Positions 40,619 to 56,585 of a DNA stretch of 64,000 nucleotides are shown piece after piece (within the stretch, counting starts at the first letter, position 1; each line of letters opens with the position of its first letter). A model generated the notes under the pieces. It had not been told where the DNA came from, made no database searches, and worked only from the letters and a program-made list of their open reading frames with translations. Made by a program: the position numbers and the translations under genes. Source of the DNA: Eledone cirrhosa (taxonomy: Eukaryota). The stretch spans positions 21,762,001-21,826,000 of the forward strand of contig OZ024745.1 in assembly GCA_964016885.1 (NCBI GenBank), read 5' to 3'.

Positions 40619-41193
40619 GCAACCCCGACAGAAGAGCGACAAGAACAGCAAGAAGAACTACAATACGAAAATAAAACAGCAACAAAACAACAACAACAAT
40701 AACAACAACAATGACGAAAATCAAAAAAAAGAAACTAACACTCCTTCAGCACCCGAAGGACACAAACAAATACAAACAAACACAAACAAATTACAAACAA
40801 ATACAAACAAATACAAAAAAAAAAATATTTAAACAAAAATAACAATTGAAAATAAACACTCCAAAAACAAAAATAACAAAATAAAAACCAATACCAAAAT
40901 GAAAAATAAAATAAAATAAAATACAATAAGAAGCTAAAAAATAAGAAACATAAAATATGCAGACTTTCCGACGAACAGACAGACAGACAATGAGTCAAAC
41001 AGACAGACACCAATCAGATAAACAGAACTAATAATTCATGTTGAGAAATAAATAGCATGATATGCACTGAATGACCGAATCTAACTGAACGTGGTTTTAA
41101 GACTAAGACAAAATAGGTGACTACTGAACTAGTGATCATTTCATAAACACTCACTAAACAGGTCATGGATACAAAGGTCAATGAGTGTATGTA

Positions 41194-41301
<108 letters not shown>

Positions 41302-41627
41302 TAGATAGATAAATATACACGGGTGTGTATGATTGTGTATAGAAGATTATATTAATAAGAGGAATTCCAACCTTGTCTGATTTACTCGTTTTATTTACAA
41401 TCCTTTAAAATTTATAATGGTATTATAATGAAATAGTATGGTAGAATATTAAATGTTAAATGTTAAGTGTTAATTGAACATGTACTTTCATGCTTTCGCA
41501 ATCTTCAGGTTCATAATGTGTGGTGACAGTCAAGTTTGCAATTTTCAACGGTTGAAATCAGACAAAGTTTGAATTCCTCTTATTAATATAGATATATATA
41601 TAGATATATAGATATATAGATAGATAG

Positions 41628-41728
<101 letters not shown>

Positions 41729-41844
41729 AAATAATTAAAATTTATCTAGCTCCACCACGTGTTGAGCGCTTGAAACAGTAGCGGACTTAAGGTAAACAAC
41801 CAGCATATACTCAATATATATATATATATACACATATATACATA

Positions 41845-41876
<32 letters not shown>

Positions 41877-41964
41877 AAAGGTAAACCGAAATAAAAACAC
41901 AATTGGTACAGTATGTGGAAGGAAGGAATATATTAGGTTAACGCTTGAAATAGTAAGGAGAGGG

Positions 41965-42000
41965 TCTTAATGTTTCGGACGCTAGTACTTCATCAGAAGA
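41965..42000 (-). ncRNA. Ultra-minimal hammerhead-like motif (relatives at ~3955-3990 and ~53010-53050)
   Basis: TCTT-CTGATGA-agtactagcgtcc-GAAACATT^-AAGA. The relatives show AACGTT or GAAACGTC. Confidence 0.5.
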
Positions 42001-42427
42001 AAGAAAGAGAAAAATAACAGGTCCATTCATGTTGACATCTCTTATGTAACTGAACAGTTGCATTAATAAAACTCTGCAATTCACATGTATTGTGCTCTAC
42101 CATACAATTATCTATACTAATCGCAGCGTGCTAGGAGTTTTGTATATATAAGTCAAATTTGGCTTTCACTCTTTCGGGGGTTCGAGAAATAAAGTGGCAA
42201 TTCAGGAGCAGTGTTGGATTGATGGAAATTTGAAAGAGTTGGACGGTATGGTTGGCATTATCTGATCCTTTTTACGTTTCAGAGGTTAATCCTTCGTCGG
42301 GAACAATAGATTAGAGTACGAGGAGGGAAGAGAAACAAATAGTAAAAGAAAGTCAAATGTAGAAAAGACAAAGAAATAGGAAAAAGGCTGGGTATAATTT
42401 ATAAAACATTATATATAATAAAATGTT

Positions 42428-42464
<37 letters not shown>

Positions 42465-42609
42465 AAGGTTAAACAAGGTTCAATGAATAAATCAAAGAAT
42501 GAGTTTTACAATAGATTAGAAGCACTCAACATAAAAAGATTTCCGGAGTTATTAATATTAATCATTCATGCATTTATGTATTTGTGTATTTATTCTTTTG
42601 GAGTATGTT

Positions 42610-43870
42610 AGTTTTATGATTCAGGATGTTTGATTTATATATTTATATTTATTTATATATTTATTTATGGTATATGCGTCGCACACGATCCTAGTCGACA
42701 AACTTTTCCCACTTAACTTGATGTAAAACTTCGATTATAACTTTATTAACAATGATTGTATTTATTATTTATTATATGTATATGGATCACTAATATCGTT
42801 TTGACTTCCGAACAGAATACTCTATGTATATTTGGACAAATGTGTATATCTAGTATAATAACATGCTTCTAGTTACATTTATAAGTACTTTAGATACTTA
42901 AGGGCATTCTAGTGTTATAATTGTTATATATTTTCTAAATTATATAACGATTATTATTTTTTCATTCAATTAAATTCGGATTACCTTCGGGTCAATGAAA
43001 ATCTTAAGTTTTATATTTCTCACGTTTGCAGACACTTTAAAGATGATATTATACTACAATATAAATCCTTAAAAAAAATTTTCTTGTATTTTAAAATTAT
43101 ATAGATTAGATATTTGGCACTTTTATGTTCGCAAGAAATTTACTTTTTTACTTTGAATCTGGTTCGTATCCTTATGATTCATGAAGTTTGATTTGTATAT
43201 TTATAGTATATATGTATTACATGATCCTAATATAATAACCTTAATTTTTAACAATATTAACAGTAACTTATTTACTATATTATATTATATTATATTATAT
43301 TATGTATAACTGAATAATATCGTCTTGAACTTTAGACAATATGCTCTTTTACTCTTTTACCTGTTTCAGCCATCCGGCTGAGGCCATGCTGTATATATTT
43401 AGACAAATGCATATATCTAATTTAATAATACCCTTTTTAAAGTTTAATTATAAGGCCTTTAGATACTTTAAGGCATTCTAATTGTTAATTTAAAATTTTT
43501 AAAGGTATAACTGCAATTATTTTCTAAATTATATAATACAATATAAAACTTTTTTTAAAAATATAATATAAGATAATTGTTTCTACTTTAGGCACAAGGC
43601 CAGCAATTACCCAGTACATTACTGGAACTTTATTTTATCGACCCCGTAAGAATGAAAGGCAAAGTTAACCTCGGCGGGATTTGAACTCAGACTGTAAAGG
43701 GACGTAACTATGCTAGAAAGCATGGCGTCCAACCCTCTACCGATACTGCCAATTCATAAGATAATATAATTTAATATGGATTACCTTCGTGAAGATGAAA
43801 ATATTAAGTCTTCCTTCTCATGTTTGCAAATACTTCAAATATGATTTTATAAATTAAATATGATAGTATA
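42610..43870. repeat. Old diverged tandem duplication (~500-bp unit); the second unit is interrupted by insertions
   Basis: Paired blocks at 42612/43171, 42790/43315 and 42978/43778. Confidence 0.65.
43573..43755 (-). mobile_element. SINE family A with TSD ataagataat
   Basis: Full copy with a duplicated flank. Confidence 0.85.
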
Positions 43871-44584
43871 CTTTAATATTAATATAGATATTTATAAACT
43901 TTTATAGCCTGAAATATTATACATTTTGATTAATTCATTATTCTGAACTAACATAAATAAATGATTTGAAATTTAACGTTCAGCCGGATACGTTTAGATA
44001 TATATAGTGTATATAATTAATTGTTAGTATATTTCTAATTAACTAAGGACTCAAAATTTACACCCAGATATATTTAATATTTAGATTGATGGATACCTCT
44101 AGATAATTCAATAATTCAAAAATTCGAGTTTACACCTTCACAAAACTATGCCTAAATGTATATTCATGTGTTTGTATAGATATATATAATTTTTGCATTA
44201 TCTAATCACACCCTATTCACCCACAACAATACAAACCTCCCTCCCCATGCTTTATACTATAAAAATTATTACTCCTTATCTCTATCCTTGATCAATTCTC
44301 TTTTGCTTTCTATACTTCTAGTAACTATATTTTCTCCTCATCTGTTTCTCTCTGTCTTTTTTCTTTCTTCTTTCTTCAATAATTTAAATTATTTGAATCT
44401 CTAACAGTTATGTAAATTGGTATTATGTATTTTTAAGCTTTCTCACACGCACCCTCTGTATTATATGTACATTTTTTCATGTCTCAATCTTAAGGTATAT
44501 AAATATTGAGTTTTGTCATATCTTATTCACTACCATGAGTGAATCTTAACCATCTACTATGTCAGGGTATGTCATGCATCCTCT

Positions 44585-44651
44585 TATTTTATCTGATGAG
44601 GACGTACTGTTGAAGTTAGCTCAGTACCTCTGAAATATGTATAATAAAATA
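44585..44651 (+). ncRNA. Minimal hammerhead related to the 26054 family
   Basis: TATTTTAT-CTGATGA-ggacGTACTG..CAGTACctct-GAAA-TATGTA-TA^-ATAAAATA. Confidence 0.75.
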
Positions 44652-44711
44652 TACTTGATCACACGAATGTCTATTTTTGTTAATATTTTGAATTAATATA
44701 TATATATATTG

Positions 44712-44867
<156 letters not shown>

Positions 44868-44875
44868 TCATATAA

Positions 44876-45150
44876 GTGGTGCCACGTGGCCTAGCGGTAA
44901 GGGTGTCGGACTTACGATCATAATGTCGTGGATTCGATTCCTGGGTTGCGTGTTGTGTTCTTGAGCAAAACACTTCATTTCACGTTGCTCCAGTATACTC
45001 AACTGAAAATGGGTACCAGTAATAGCTGGAGGTTTAACCCTGCGATGGACTGGCGTCCTGTCCAGATGGGAGTCCTGTACTCTGAGTCGCTTCACGCCAT
45101 GAAACCGGGATGAACACCGGCCAAATGAGCCTTCTGGCTTAAGACATACT
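44876..45150 (+). mobile_element. tRNA-derived SINE with a Meta/V-like body
   Basis: GTGGCCTAGCGG..GGATTCGATTCC..gagcaaaacactt..ccctgcgatggactggcgtcctgtccag..gtcgcttcacgccatgaaaccgg. Confidence 0.7.
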
Positions 45151-45177
45151 TAAGACTTTTAGTAAATATATGTGCGT

Positions 45178-45264
<87 letters not shown>

Positions 45265-45949
45265 CGTGTGCGTGTGGCTTAGTGGTTATAGAGGCGGATT
45301 CATACTCGTGAGATTGTGAGTTCGATTTCCGGACCGGGTTGTGTGTTGTATTTTTGAGCAAAACACTTTATTTCACATTGCTCCATTTCACTTAGCTGTA
45401 GAAATTAGTTGTGGCGTCACTGGTGCCAAGCCTTTACCTATCTCTTTGAGAACGTCGGCGTCGTGAAGGAGGCTTACTGGGCCACTGCTGGTCTTCCATC
45501 AAAACAACTTTCCCAGATTTTTGCTACAGAGGGGTACTTTCTAAGTACAATGCATTTGTGATCGAATGTGGTCATCATATTATGCATGTATATGCTAATA
45601 TGTTAGGTAATTACGAAGGAAAAGCAAAGGAAAAAAGAGTGCTCTATGTATAGAACAGAGCTATTTAATTAGAAAGTGAGCAACACAAAATATAACTACT
45701 CCATTACCAAATGTTTCTGGATCCCAGACAATAATAATATACGTCTGGATCGTTCGTCAGACAGAGATGTTATTATTGTCTGTGATCCAGAAACCTTTGG
45801 TAATGGAGTAGTTATATTTTGTCTTGCTCACTTTCTAATATATATGCTAATATGTTGATTTGAGAACCACGTCTATAACCGAAAACATCTCTATCAATGC
45901 TCTCAACGATCAAATTTCTTTCGAAACAATCAACCACATCTCTCTCTGC

Positions 45950-46412
45950 CGTGCGTCGGATAATATGCTTTGTGGCATAGAGTTACGGCTCTTTACATTC
46001 TCAGTTCAAATCCCGGTGAGCTTAGCTTTGTTTTTTATCCTTACGTGGTCGATAAAATAAAATACCAGTAATGTACTGGTTCGATTTGTTGGCCTCTTGC
46101 CAAAATCAGAAACCATTGTCAAACAACTGTAGAATTCTCGTTCAGTATAGAAATGTTTCTTTTCTCTTATCTCTAACATTTTATTAACACCTACTGGTTA
46201 ACTGTTTCCTATTTATGTGCGCACTTCGATCATTATGTCTTGTATGAGGGTCGGACGCCATGCTTTGCAGCATAGAGTTATGTCCCTTTACGGACTGAGT
46301 TCAAATCCCGCCGAGGTTAACTTTGCCTTTTATCCTTACGGGGTCGATAAAATAAAGTACCAGTAATGCGCTGGGATAATTGCTGGGCTTGTGCGAAAAG
46401 TAGAAACAATTA
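45950..46412 (+). mobile_element. Two SINE family A copies (45950-46117 and 46245-46412)
   Basis: B box and core in both. Confidence 0.8.
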
Positions 46413-47272
46413 TATTTAGGTTTCACAGGAAAAATGTAAGAGTTAGTATTCGTATTATAGACAACTAATACGCTCTATATCACTGTAATATTTTATCTTC
46501 ATAACCATCCGTTCTACGGAGTGTAATGTGTGATGGTTTGGTCACGGCGTCATTCCTCATATTTAAATAATGTTGTGATGACATTTCTAGAGAGTCGCTT
46601 ATTATGTAGCTATCCTTCGGGTTAATTCCTGTGTTTCAACTGCTTGTCGAATTTAAATATTTTAACTGCATCACAATATTTAATTTGCAACGGGTATTTT
46701 GTATTATTTCTTGTTCTGAGATATTCAAAGTACACCCTCCCCCACCCTTACACGTACCCCCACACCCACACCCATACCCACACGCCAACCCACACCCACA
46801 CCAACACACACCACAAAGGAAGAGCAATATACCTGTTCATGGTTTTAAATAGATGCAGAAAAACTTTCATCTAACGTTCTGTTGCTGTAGGACTGCGCAA
46901 TGTTTCTTTTGTTATCAATCAGGGAATACTTCCCGAAATCTACTTTCCAACTTTCATCATGTTATTTGCCTCATGTATACGAAGTTGGTCCATGGATTCA
47001 CTTTGACGCTTCGTGATTAACATAGGTTGCCGAAGGAATAAGATGCCACTTTCAAAGACTCAAAGACAGGAACGGAGTTAAGCCGCTCGCTGTCTACTAG
47101 TTTCCGTTTTACGTAGACATCTATATTATTGTAGAAATATTTGCATGTTTGTAAGTATTGTATATATGTGTGTATGTTTGTTTGTATGTATATATTTATG
47201 CATGTATATACGTATGTATGCATGTATATATTTATGTATATATGTATGTACATACATATATACATACATATA

Positions 47273-47572
47273 TTTTTGGTAAATATCATCTTGGTTAAGA
47301 GATTGGGACTGGCTTTGTGCAGTGCCTTTGCTCACTATAAAAGCTTCACGGCACAGGCATTGCTTTATATCTGGAGATCTCTCTGCACTTGTCGTCACAT
47401 GGTACCATGGGCCCAGCACTATGTGTCAATAATTGTCACAAGTGTAGTTTTGTACCAGAGTTTTCAAGTCGCTGGCTGGACTAAAAAGTCACACTCGTTC
47501 AGTGCATCGGTAGGGTTTCTCCTACATGGATATAAAGTAGTGGCCGTACTCGAAAACGAGTTGGTAGCCACC
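47273..47572 (+). mobile_element. 5'-truncated copy of the RTE-derived element
   Basis: Matches 48523-48823 and is followed by (TATG)n. Confidence 0.8.
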
Positions 47573-47594
47573 ATGTATATATGTATGTATATAC

Positions 47595-47625
<31 letters not shown>

Positions 47626-47663
47626 TGTATGTATGTATGTATGTATGTATTTATGTATATATG

Positions 47664-47697
<34 letters not shown>

Positions 47698-47984
47698 TGT
47701 ATGTATGTATGTATGTATGTATGTATGTATGTATGTTCTTCTAGTTTTATAATTTCACCAATTTTTCCCCAATAGAGAGAGAGTCAGTTTCTAACATAGA
47801 ATTTACACAACATGGAATTTAAACATCAACTAGGTAGATTATGTATGCATGGATGTGTAGATATGGATGTTATTGTATGTGTGGATGTGTATGTTTTGAG
47901 TTGTATGTGTGCATGTGTATATGCTTTGTATCTAAACATGTATATATGCAGTTATTAGATGCAAAATGTTTGGAATGTTTTACA

Positions 47985-48152
47985 TATTTTTATTGTTCCA
48001 TTATTGGATTGTACTTGTAATTTCTAACTAGTTGTGTTCTTTCTGTTCCTGTGAAACCTAGCTTCTCAAGATTTGTATTGAGGCAGTTACTAACACACTC
48101 CAGTGCCCCAATAATCACAGGCATAAATCTGAAGGTGTAATCAGGGTGGAGT
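47985..48152 (-). pseudogene. C-terminal relic of an RLE-type non-LTR element
   Basis: LHPDYTFRFMPVIIGALECV..NLEKLG resembles the P(I/V)VIGALG motif of R4/NeSL elements. Confidence 0.5.
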
Positions 48153-48214
48153 ACATATGTATGTATGTATATATATATGTATATATGTATGTATATATGC
48201 ATGTATATATTCAT

Positions 48215-48823
48215 GTCAGGTCACCAGTTGGTGCTACTGGTAACATGTATCCCAGTACAACCTGTCTCATGGTCGGGTCATTGGCAACTAAACTGGCAAC
48301 CCCACCAAGGTTTCTTGGTGAGAAGGGTGACTTTAGAAATCCTGTAGGACTAAAAACAAAACCTGTCAAAGGGCAAAGGAGCTCTTAAGAGTCAATGGCC
48401 ATCCAAAATCACCGGGAGAGATGACCCCCTTAGCCTTTGTCAAGGCAGAATTCTAGGAGAAGGAAAACTCTGATATAACACCTGCAACCCTGATGGTATC
48501 CAATGATGTTGACTTGTTCTTCTTTTTGGTAAATATCATCTTGGTTAAGAGAGTGGGTCTGGCTTTGTGCAGTGCCTTTGCTCACTATAAAAGCTTCACG
48601 GCACAGGCATTGCTTTATATCTGGAGATCTCTCTGCACTTGTCGTCACATGGTACCATGGGCCCAGCACTATGTGTCAATAATTGTCACAAGTGCAGTGT
48701 TTGTACCAGAGTTTTCAAGTCGCTGGCTGGACTAAAAAGTCACACTCATTCAGCGCATCAGTAGGGGTTCTCCTACATGGATATAAAGTAGTGGCCGTAC
48801 TCGAAAACGAGTTGGCAGCCACC
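48215..48823 (+). mobile_element. Non-autonomous RTE-derived retroelement (~610 bp) with a (TATG)n tail
   Basis: RTE-like 5' motif ctaggagaaggaaaactctga. The 3' part encodes HKCSVCTRVFKSLAGLKSHTHSAHQ* (C2H2). Four copies share the same 3' end. Confidence 0.7.
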
Positions 48824-49898
48824 ATGTATATATGTATGTATGTATTATGTATGCATGTATGTGAGTAGGTAGGTAGGTACTCGTAAGGATATTATTGTAT
48901 TTATGGGTGTTCAGTCGCTTCAGTATATGTGTGTATGCGTGTGTGTTACTACTATTTTTGTATGTGTGAATATGTATGTTGTATGTAAAAGTAATTGCGT
49001 GTATATATGTTGATTCCATGATTCTCAAATGCACAAGCGTTGTTATCTTGTACAAATCTTCTCTATACAACTAATTTCTTGTATTGGGAATATGCGAGTC
49101 AGTTTTTATTTTTCTTTCTTAGGATGGAAAACGGCAACATTTCCAGTTTTGATACAAATATATTGTGATATAGTCGAATACACCTAAGATAATAAATGTA
49201 CAGCCAGGAAAAAAAAGATTTATAAATTCTACATTTGTATAGCATGAAACACCATGAATTATCTCTTTTTCCTTATGTTCAGAAGAGATATTCACATCCG
49301 CTAAGCGACTGACCTCTACAACATAACATGACATTTGCTTCCTGTCCCATACAACAGTATCTTATAAGTTGCGTCTGATCTGAATTTAGAGCGTCCTACT
49401 AATAATGTTTATTTTTAAAGGTGTAGATATATCGTGCTTCTGCTGTACTTTTCTTATAGGCAACAAGACAATCTTTTCTATTGATAACATCGCAAATTAT
49501 TTTGGCAAAACACATATCTTATTAAAAGCTAGTATATCGCGAGAACGTTTGAGGGAAGCGGCTGCTAATATAGGTTGTATTTTCCACACTGATTCGATAC
49601 TTTTGATATTTTCTATCTCAACGTGGAGATTTGAAGGTGTTCTTATCAATTATATTGATCAAGTGTTCAATCATTATCTCATATTTCCAAATAGCAAAGT
49701 CTTATCATTCTAGGTCACATGTGTTGTATCTATCACAGGTACTGAAGAGGCAACTCATCCTGTCAATATACTGGATATATGTTAAGATATCCTCTACCGT
49801 ATGGGATATGCATTCATGCATATCTGTTTGTTGATATGATGGGTGTTACACTTCCAATTAGATTAGTCCAGCTAATCTTTATCTCTGTATTTTGTCTA

Positions 49899-49996
<98 letters not shown>

Positions 49997-50807
49997 GATG
50001 TATTTGTACTTGTATATGAATTCCCACGCGTCGTATGTATATGCGAATTTATTTTTATGTATATGTATAAGTATGTATTGGCAATGTTTGGCAGAGTCGT
50101 TAGGACGTCGGATAGTAATTTGCGTTATTTGTGTCGACTCTCTGCTCCGGGTTCAAATCACGCCGAGATCAACTTTTCTTTTCAAGTATTCGAGGTCCCT
50201 ATAAAGGTATCAGCCTAGTACTGGGAACGTTTCCTCCTCTATATATCTTTCTTATATCTATTCTCGCACTATCATTTTCATTCTCTGGAAGAACTCTGCT
50301 GTATTCAGACCTGGAGAGGCTTCGGCTCCGCCATGGTTTAACTGGCCCCTGAAATACAGCGCATCTACGATTCCCTCAGGGTTTGCAGTATCATGTATGC
50401 ATATATATATGTATATATAGCTTTATTCTTATGTATATGTAGACGTATTTGTGTATGTATCTATATGCTTCAATTATGTTTATATGACAAATTACAAGTT
50501 GTGATCAATGTGTGTATATATGAAAGTGTATTGTACACAAATTAGTTGTTTGTGTACATGTGCATGTATGTATGAATGTATAAATGTATGTATGCATATA
50601 TGTATGTATGCGTGTATGTATGTATATATATTTGTATGTAGGCGTATAGTTTATGTGTATGTGCTTTTATGTTAGTGTTATGCATATGTAGGAACATTAA
50701 AGTGTTTTATTGTTATTGTCAGCATACCGGTGTCTGTAGCTGTTTACGTATGCGTGATCGTGCATAGGTGTGTGTGTGTGTGCATGTTTGTGGGTGTGGG
50801 TGTGTGT

Positions 50808-50842
<35 letters not shown>

Positions 50843-51044
50843 TTTGTGTGTGTGTGTGTCTGTGTGTGTGTGTTTGTCTGTGTGTGAGTGTGTGTGTGTG
50901 TGTGTGTATTTGCTTGTCTGTGTGTATTTGTATGAGTTTGTGATATTTGTCACGAAATATGATGGAGTGTTGTGTAAGCTGAGATATTGTTGTTTTTTTG
51001 ATGACGTAAGTATGCACTTTTGTGTGAGTATATATATATATATA

Positions 51045-51079
<35 letters not shown>

Positions 51080-51410
51080 TATTACGCTAAAAATGTTGCA
51101 ATTTCGTTACAATTGTTTCATAAGCCGTTACTTATTCGTTGAAATGAGACACCAGTTCGTCAGCTAATATCCACTCTTCAATATTAATTGTGAAAGAGGT
51201 CCAATACAGATGAAAGCGCTAGAATTATATATAGACGTTGATATAGATATAGAAGGATACTAAAATAAAATAAGATTGGTCATTTGGTTGGAAAATACAT
51301 AAATACATAAATATAGGCTTGGGAAATTAAGGGGGTCTATCTATGGTAGGACAGACATATCGAGAGAGGGGAGAAAGATGACAAAAGAGATTGGGATTGC
51401 GGAAATAATT

Positions 51411-51816
51411 AGGTGGATTGGCAGTATCGGTAGAGTGTCGGACACCATGCTTTGACGCAAAGAGTTACGACCCTTTATAATCTGAGTTCAAATCCCGCCG
51501 AGGTTAACTTTACCTTTCATCCTTACGGGGTCGACAAAATAAAGTACCAGTCACGCACTGGGGTCAATTTAAGCGACTTTCCCCTCGCCTAAAATGTATT
51601 GCCTTTTGCCTATATAAGAAACCATTATTATCATTGGCAATATTGGTAGAGGGACGGACGCCATGCTTTGTCGCAAAGAGTTACGGCCCTTTATGATCTG
51701 AGTTCAAATCCCGCCGAGATTAACTTTGCTTTTCATCCTTACGGGGTCGGTAAAATAAAGTACCAGTAATATACTGGGATAATTTGCTGGCCTTGTGCCA
51801 AAAATATAAACAATTA
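51411..51816 (+). mobile_element. Two tandem SINE family A copies
   Basis: Copies at 51411-51628 and 51634-51816. Confidence 0.85.
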
Positions 51817-51912
51817 TCATTTCACTCTGCTTAGTTCTACACCTCTACACTTACTGGAAACTAAGCGCAGAGTACTGACCCTGGTGACCCTACAGTAACT
51901 GGACGTTAAATT

Positions 51913-51952
<40 letters not shown>

Positions 51953-51963
51953 CATCTTTTTTT

Positions 51964-52035
<72 letters not shown>

Positions 52036-52041
<6 letters not shown>

Positions 52042-52450
52042 ATGCTTTGGGAGGGTCATGTTGCCAATAAGAAACACACGCACCAGTTGCTTTCACTCCA
52101 ATTTATTATAAATTAAATTTATAAATTTCCGGTTGGCTGGTTGGTTCCATAACCGGACGGTTATTCATATATTGTCAAAGTTCTTTCGTCACACATTCTG
52201 TGACCTCTTCAGTGACAGGTTCACAGAATGTGTGACGAAAGAAATTTGACAATATATGAACAACCGTCCGGTTGTGGAACCAACCAACCAACCGGAAATT
52301 TATAAATTTAATTTATAATAAATTGGAGTGAAAACAACTGATGCGTGTGTTTCTTACTGGCAACATGACCCTCCCAAAGCATAACAATATCGGTTTTAAC
52401 ACACGTTTTCAGATAAAGAATTTTGCTAAACAAATTCAGAAACGAAATAT
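52036..52450. mobile_element. Fold-back of the same Penelope 3' end, with an HHR at 52174-52216 (minus)
   Basis: Inverted arms centred ~52217, homologous to 36545-36820. Confidence 0.82.
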
Positions 52451-53134
52451 ACGAACTTACCCACGGACATATACTCAAAAAATGTTTTTTCCCACACGCC
52501 ACCTACATCCACAATACGTATAAACACCACACACACGTGCGTACCACCACAAATTTACACACTCAGCCTCCGGAATCCCCCCCCCCCCCCCCCCCTCCAC
52601 TGACCCCTCCCCATCCACACACACACACAAACCCCGACCTACACCCCACCCCACACACCGACCCACACCCCACCCCACACACACCTTTTCCTGAACATGC
52701 AACCCCGTTCTTCCCCCAACTATCACATTCACATTCACACACACACACACACACACACACGTACACCTACACACACACACCACCTTCAGCCCTCCCCTCT
52801 CTGGCACCCCGCATCCTTCTCCCCACTACACCCGCCACCACCCCGACACGCCCACACCCTTCCACCACTTGTTTAACTTCATGTTTATTTTTATTTTCAT
52901 TATGCTTTTATATTTATTTTCATTTGTACCGTTTCCTCTCACCCCTTTTTTATAAATACCCCCTCCCCCCACTCCCCTACACACCCTTGGAACTCTCTTC
53001 CCACACACTTTTCGCCTGAAGAAGAGCTTATGCCCGAAACGTCGTTACCCACAACCACCCCACTCTCAAGAGCATGAAACTAATAAACCTTTGTTCGTAC
53101 TGCCTCTCTGATTTGTTCCCGTTCAATTTTTTAC

Positions 53135-53182
<48 letters not shown>

Positions 53183-54018
53183 CGTGTATATATATATAAT
53201 TATATATATGAAAATATATGCATACATATATACATATGTATACATATTAACATTTTATATGAACATATACAGGCAAAAGTGTGTGTGTGCGTGCGTATAT
53301 GTGTATGTGTGCATGTTTGCGTGTCAGTATATATTTGAGTGTGTGTGTATTCGATATTTTTGTCACGAAATACAGAGAGATGTATGCGTTAAGAGGTTTT
53401 GTTTGTAGTTTTTCTTCGAGAATTATGACGAACGAATGGTAAAATTGAATCTGGGAATATCCGAATAAACATGAACCTTTCTATGTACGGTATATGTGGT
53501 ATACATGGCCACGTATAGGCAGACTTATATTTTTATACAGTGTGTAGGTGTGTTTTAGATGGGTCCATATGTATATATGTATGTATGTGCATGTACGTAT
53601 ATACTTATGAATGTATGCATGTATCTATAACTATATATATATATATATATATATAGATATATATATATAGATATATATGTAAATATATATATATATATAT
53701 ATACATGTATATATATATAGACATATAGACACACACAAACACACACGTATATATAACGGGGTGACTTAATAACCATTGGGAATATATGCAATTTGAAACA
53801 AAGTTTTCCCACTTGTGATCAACTATTATTGTATTCATTTGCATTAGGAAGGCTACACACACATCCACCTTCACCCACACACGCGCAAACACAACCACGG
53901 CCACCACCACACATAACAACTCCCATATCTATATATATAATCTTAAGGAACTTACGTGTATATATGAATATTAATTTTGGCGAATACTTGTATACACGTT
54001 TATATATGTTTGCATATG

Positions 54019-54058
<40 letters not shown>

Positions 54059-54095
54059 AATATGTATATATATATGTATATATATATATATATGT

Positions 54096-54129
<34 letters not shown>

Positions 54130-54236
54130 ATGTATGTATATATATAGATATATATATAAAAATTCTAATTTAGTCCAGAAATGGCAGTCGAAACGGCTTG
54201 AGCTCTGCCGTCGGGGTCATAATTTTTCCGATATTC

Positions 54237-54333
<97 letters not shown>

Positions 54334-54687
54334 TATGTGTGTGTTTTCGATAGTTGCGTCACGAAATAGGCGAAATTGTGTATCTGTGAACTTGAACAAA
54401 AACGTGTGTATAAATGTATATGCAGGTGTTGTCTGCATTTACGTATTTACAACTATATACGTCTTTTTTGCATATAGCCTCTATTATATATACGTGTGTA
54501 TTAGATAGATCTGTCACGAAATACATCACAGTGGGTGTATATACGTTAGTGAGCATATATGCAATGGTGTGTGAGTGTGCGTATAGGGTTACGCACATGT
54601 ATGTGAGTTAGGTGGTACTGTCACGAAATACACCAGCGCGTATGTATATGCGCTTACACGTACACACTATGACGCACACACACACAC

Positions 54688-54726
<39 letters not shown>

Positions 54727-54744
54727 TATATATATTATAAAGTA

Positions 54745-54844
<100 letters not shown>

Positions 54845-54881
54845 ATATATTTATATATATGTATATACATACATATATATA

Positions 54882-54915
<34 letters not shown>

Positions 54916-54947
54916 TATATATGTATAAATTGTATTTGTATATATAC

Positions 54948-55018
<71 letters not shown>

Positions 55019-55023
55019 CATAC

Positions 55024-55054
<31 letters not shown>

Positions 55055-55058
55055 GGTA

Positions 55059-55120
<62 letters not shown>

Positions 55121-55149
55121 CATAGATATATATATATATAAATATATAT

Positions 55150-55248
<99 letters not shown>

Positions 55249-55597
55249 CTATATGCGCCGCCATGTATATATGTAAGAATATTCAGAAATTCTGTCACGA
55301 AGACGCGGTAGGTCGTGTGTAACATCTATGTACATGTATGCACATATGTGTATATATATGTGCAAGTATATATGATCATATATTGGTTGCATGATGAAAT
55401 ACAGTAAAGCATGTGACTGTGTGTGTGTATCAATCCTCACCCTCACATGTTATATGTATGTGTATATATGTGTATATATGTATGTGTTCATGTCTATAAG
55501 TATAGTATATCAGCGTAAGGACATGAGCGCATATGTGAGTGGTTGTTTGTGTGTGCACGTGTGAGACTCGGTATGCAATTTTATATTTGTATATATA

Positions 55598-55720
<123 letters not shown>

Positions 55721-55764
55721 TCACACACATGTATATATACAAATACAATTTTGTATCTCTCCCT

Positions 55765-55826
<62 letters not shown>

Positions 55827-55886
55827 GCATATATATATGTATTTATATATATATATATATGTATAAACACACACACACATATATAT

Positions 55887-55928
<42 letters not shown>

Positions 55929-56584
55929 CTGTATATATATGTATATATACTGTATATATATATAACATGGTTGTGTGGATGTGTGTACGAATGTATGTAT
56001 ATATGTTTGTATATATGTATGTATGAATATATGTATGTAGGTATGTATGTATGCATGTATGTATGTATGTATGAATATATGTATGTAAGTATGTATGTTT
56101 GTATGTATCTATGTAGGTAGGTAAGTATGTATGTATGTAAATATGTATGAATATATGTATGTATGTAAGTATGTATGTAAGTATGTATGTATGTATGTAT
56201 GAATATATGTATGTATGTAAGTATGTATGTATGTAAGTATGTATGTATGTAAGTATGTATGTATGTAAGTATGTATGTATGTAAGTATGTATGTAAGTAT
56301 GTATGTATGTATGTATGAATATATGTAAGTAAGTATGCATGTAAGTATGTAGTATAGAGGTCATCCCACTAGACATATCACGCAACCTGAGAATCAGTTA
56401 AGCCAGCGATTAAAACGGAACCGGAGTAAACGGTCACGTGATGGTTATGGCGGTATAGACAGGATAAGGGTCCGGTGTAAATGCTGCTGCTGCTGTTGTT
56501 GTTGTTGTTTGGCGTTGTTTCCTTTTCTCTTATTTTGATTTCGTTGACGGAGTCTATTCTGTCTCTTCTCCTTTGCTCTGAAGT

Positions 56585-56585
56585 T

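Noticed and set aside
48215-48305. HDV-like ribozyme at the 5' end of the RTE derivative
   Set aside because: A CTAA junction and a possible P2 (CCAGTT/AACTGG) are present, but I could not build P1, P1.1 and P3 consistently in both copies.
51411-51500. tRNA genes suggested by A and B boxes
   Set aside because: They are SINE heads with no full cloverleaf, followed by SINE cores.
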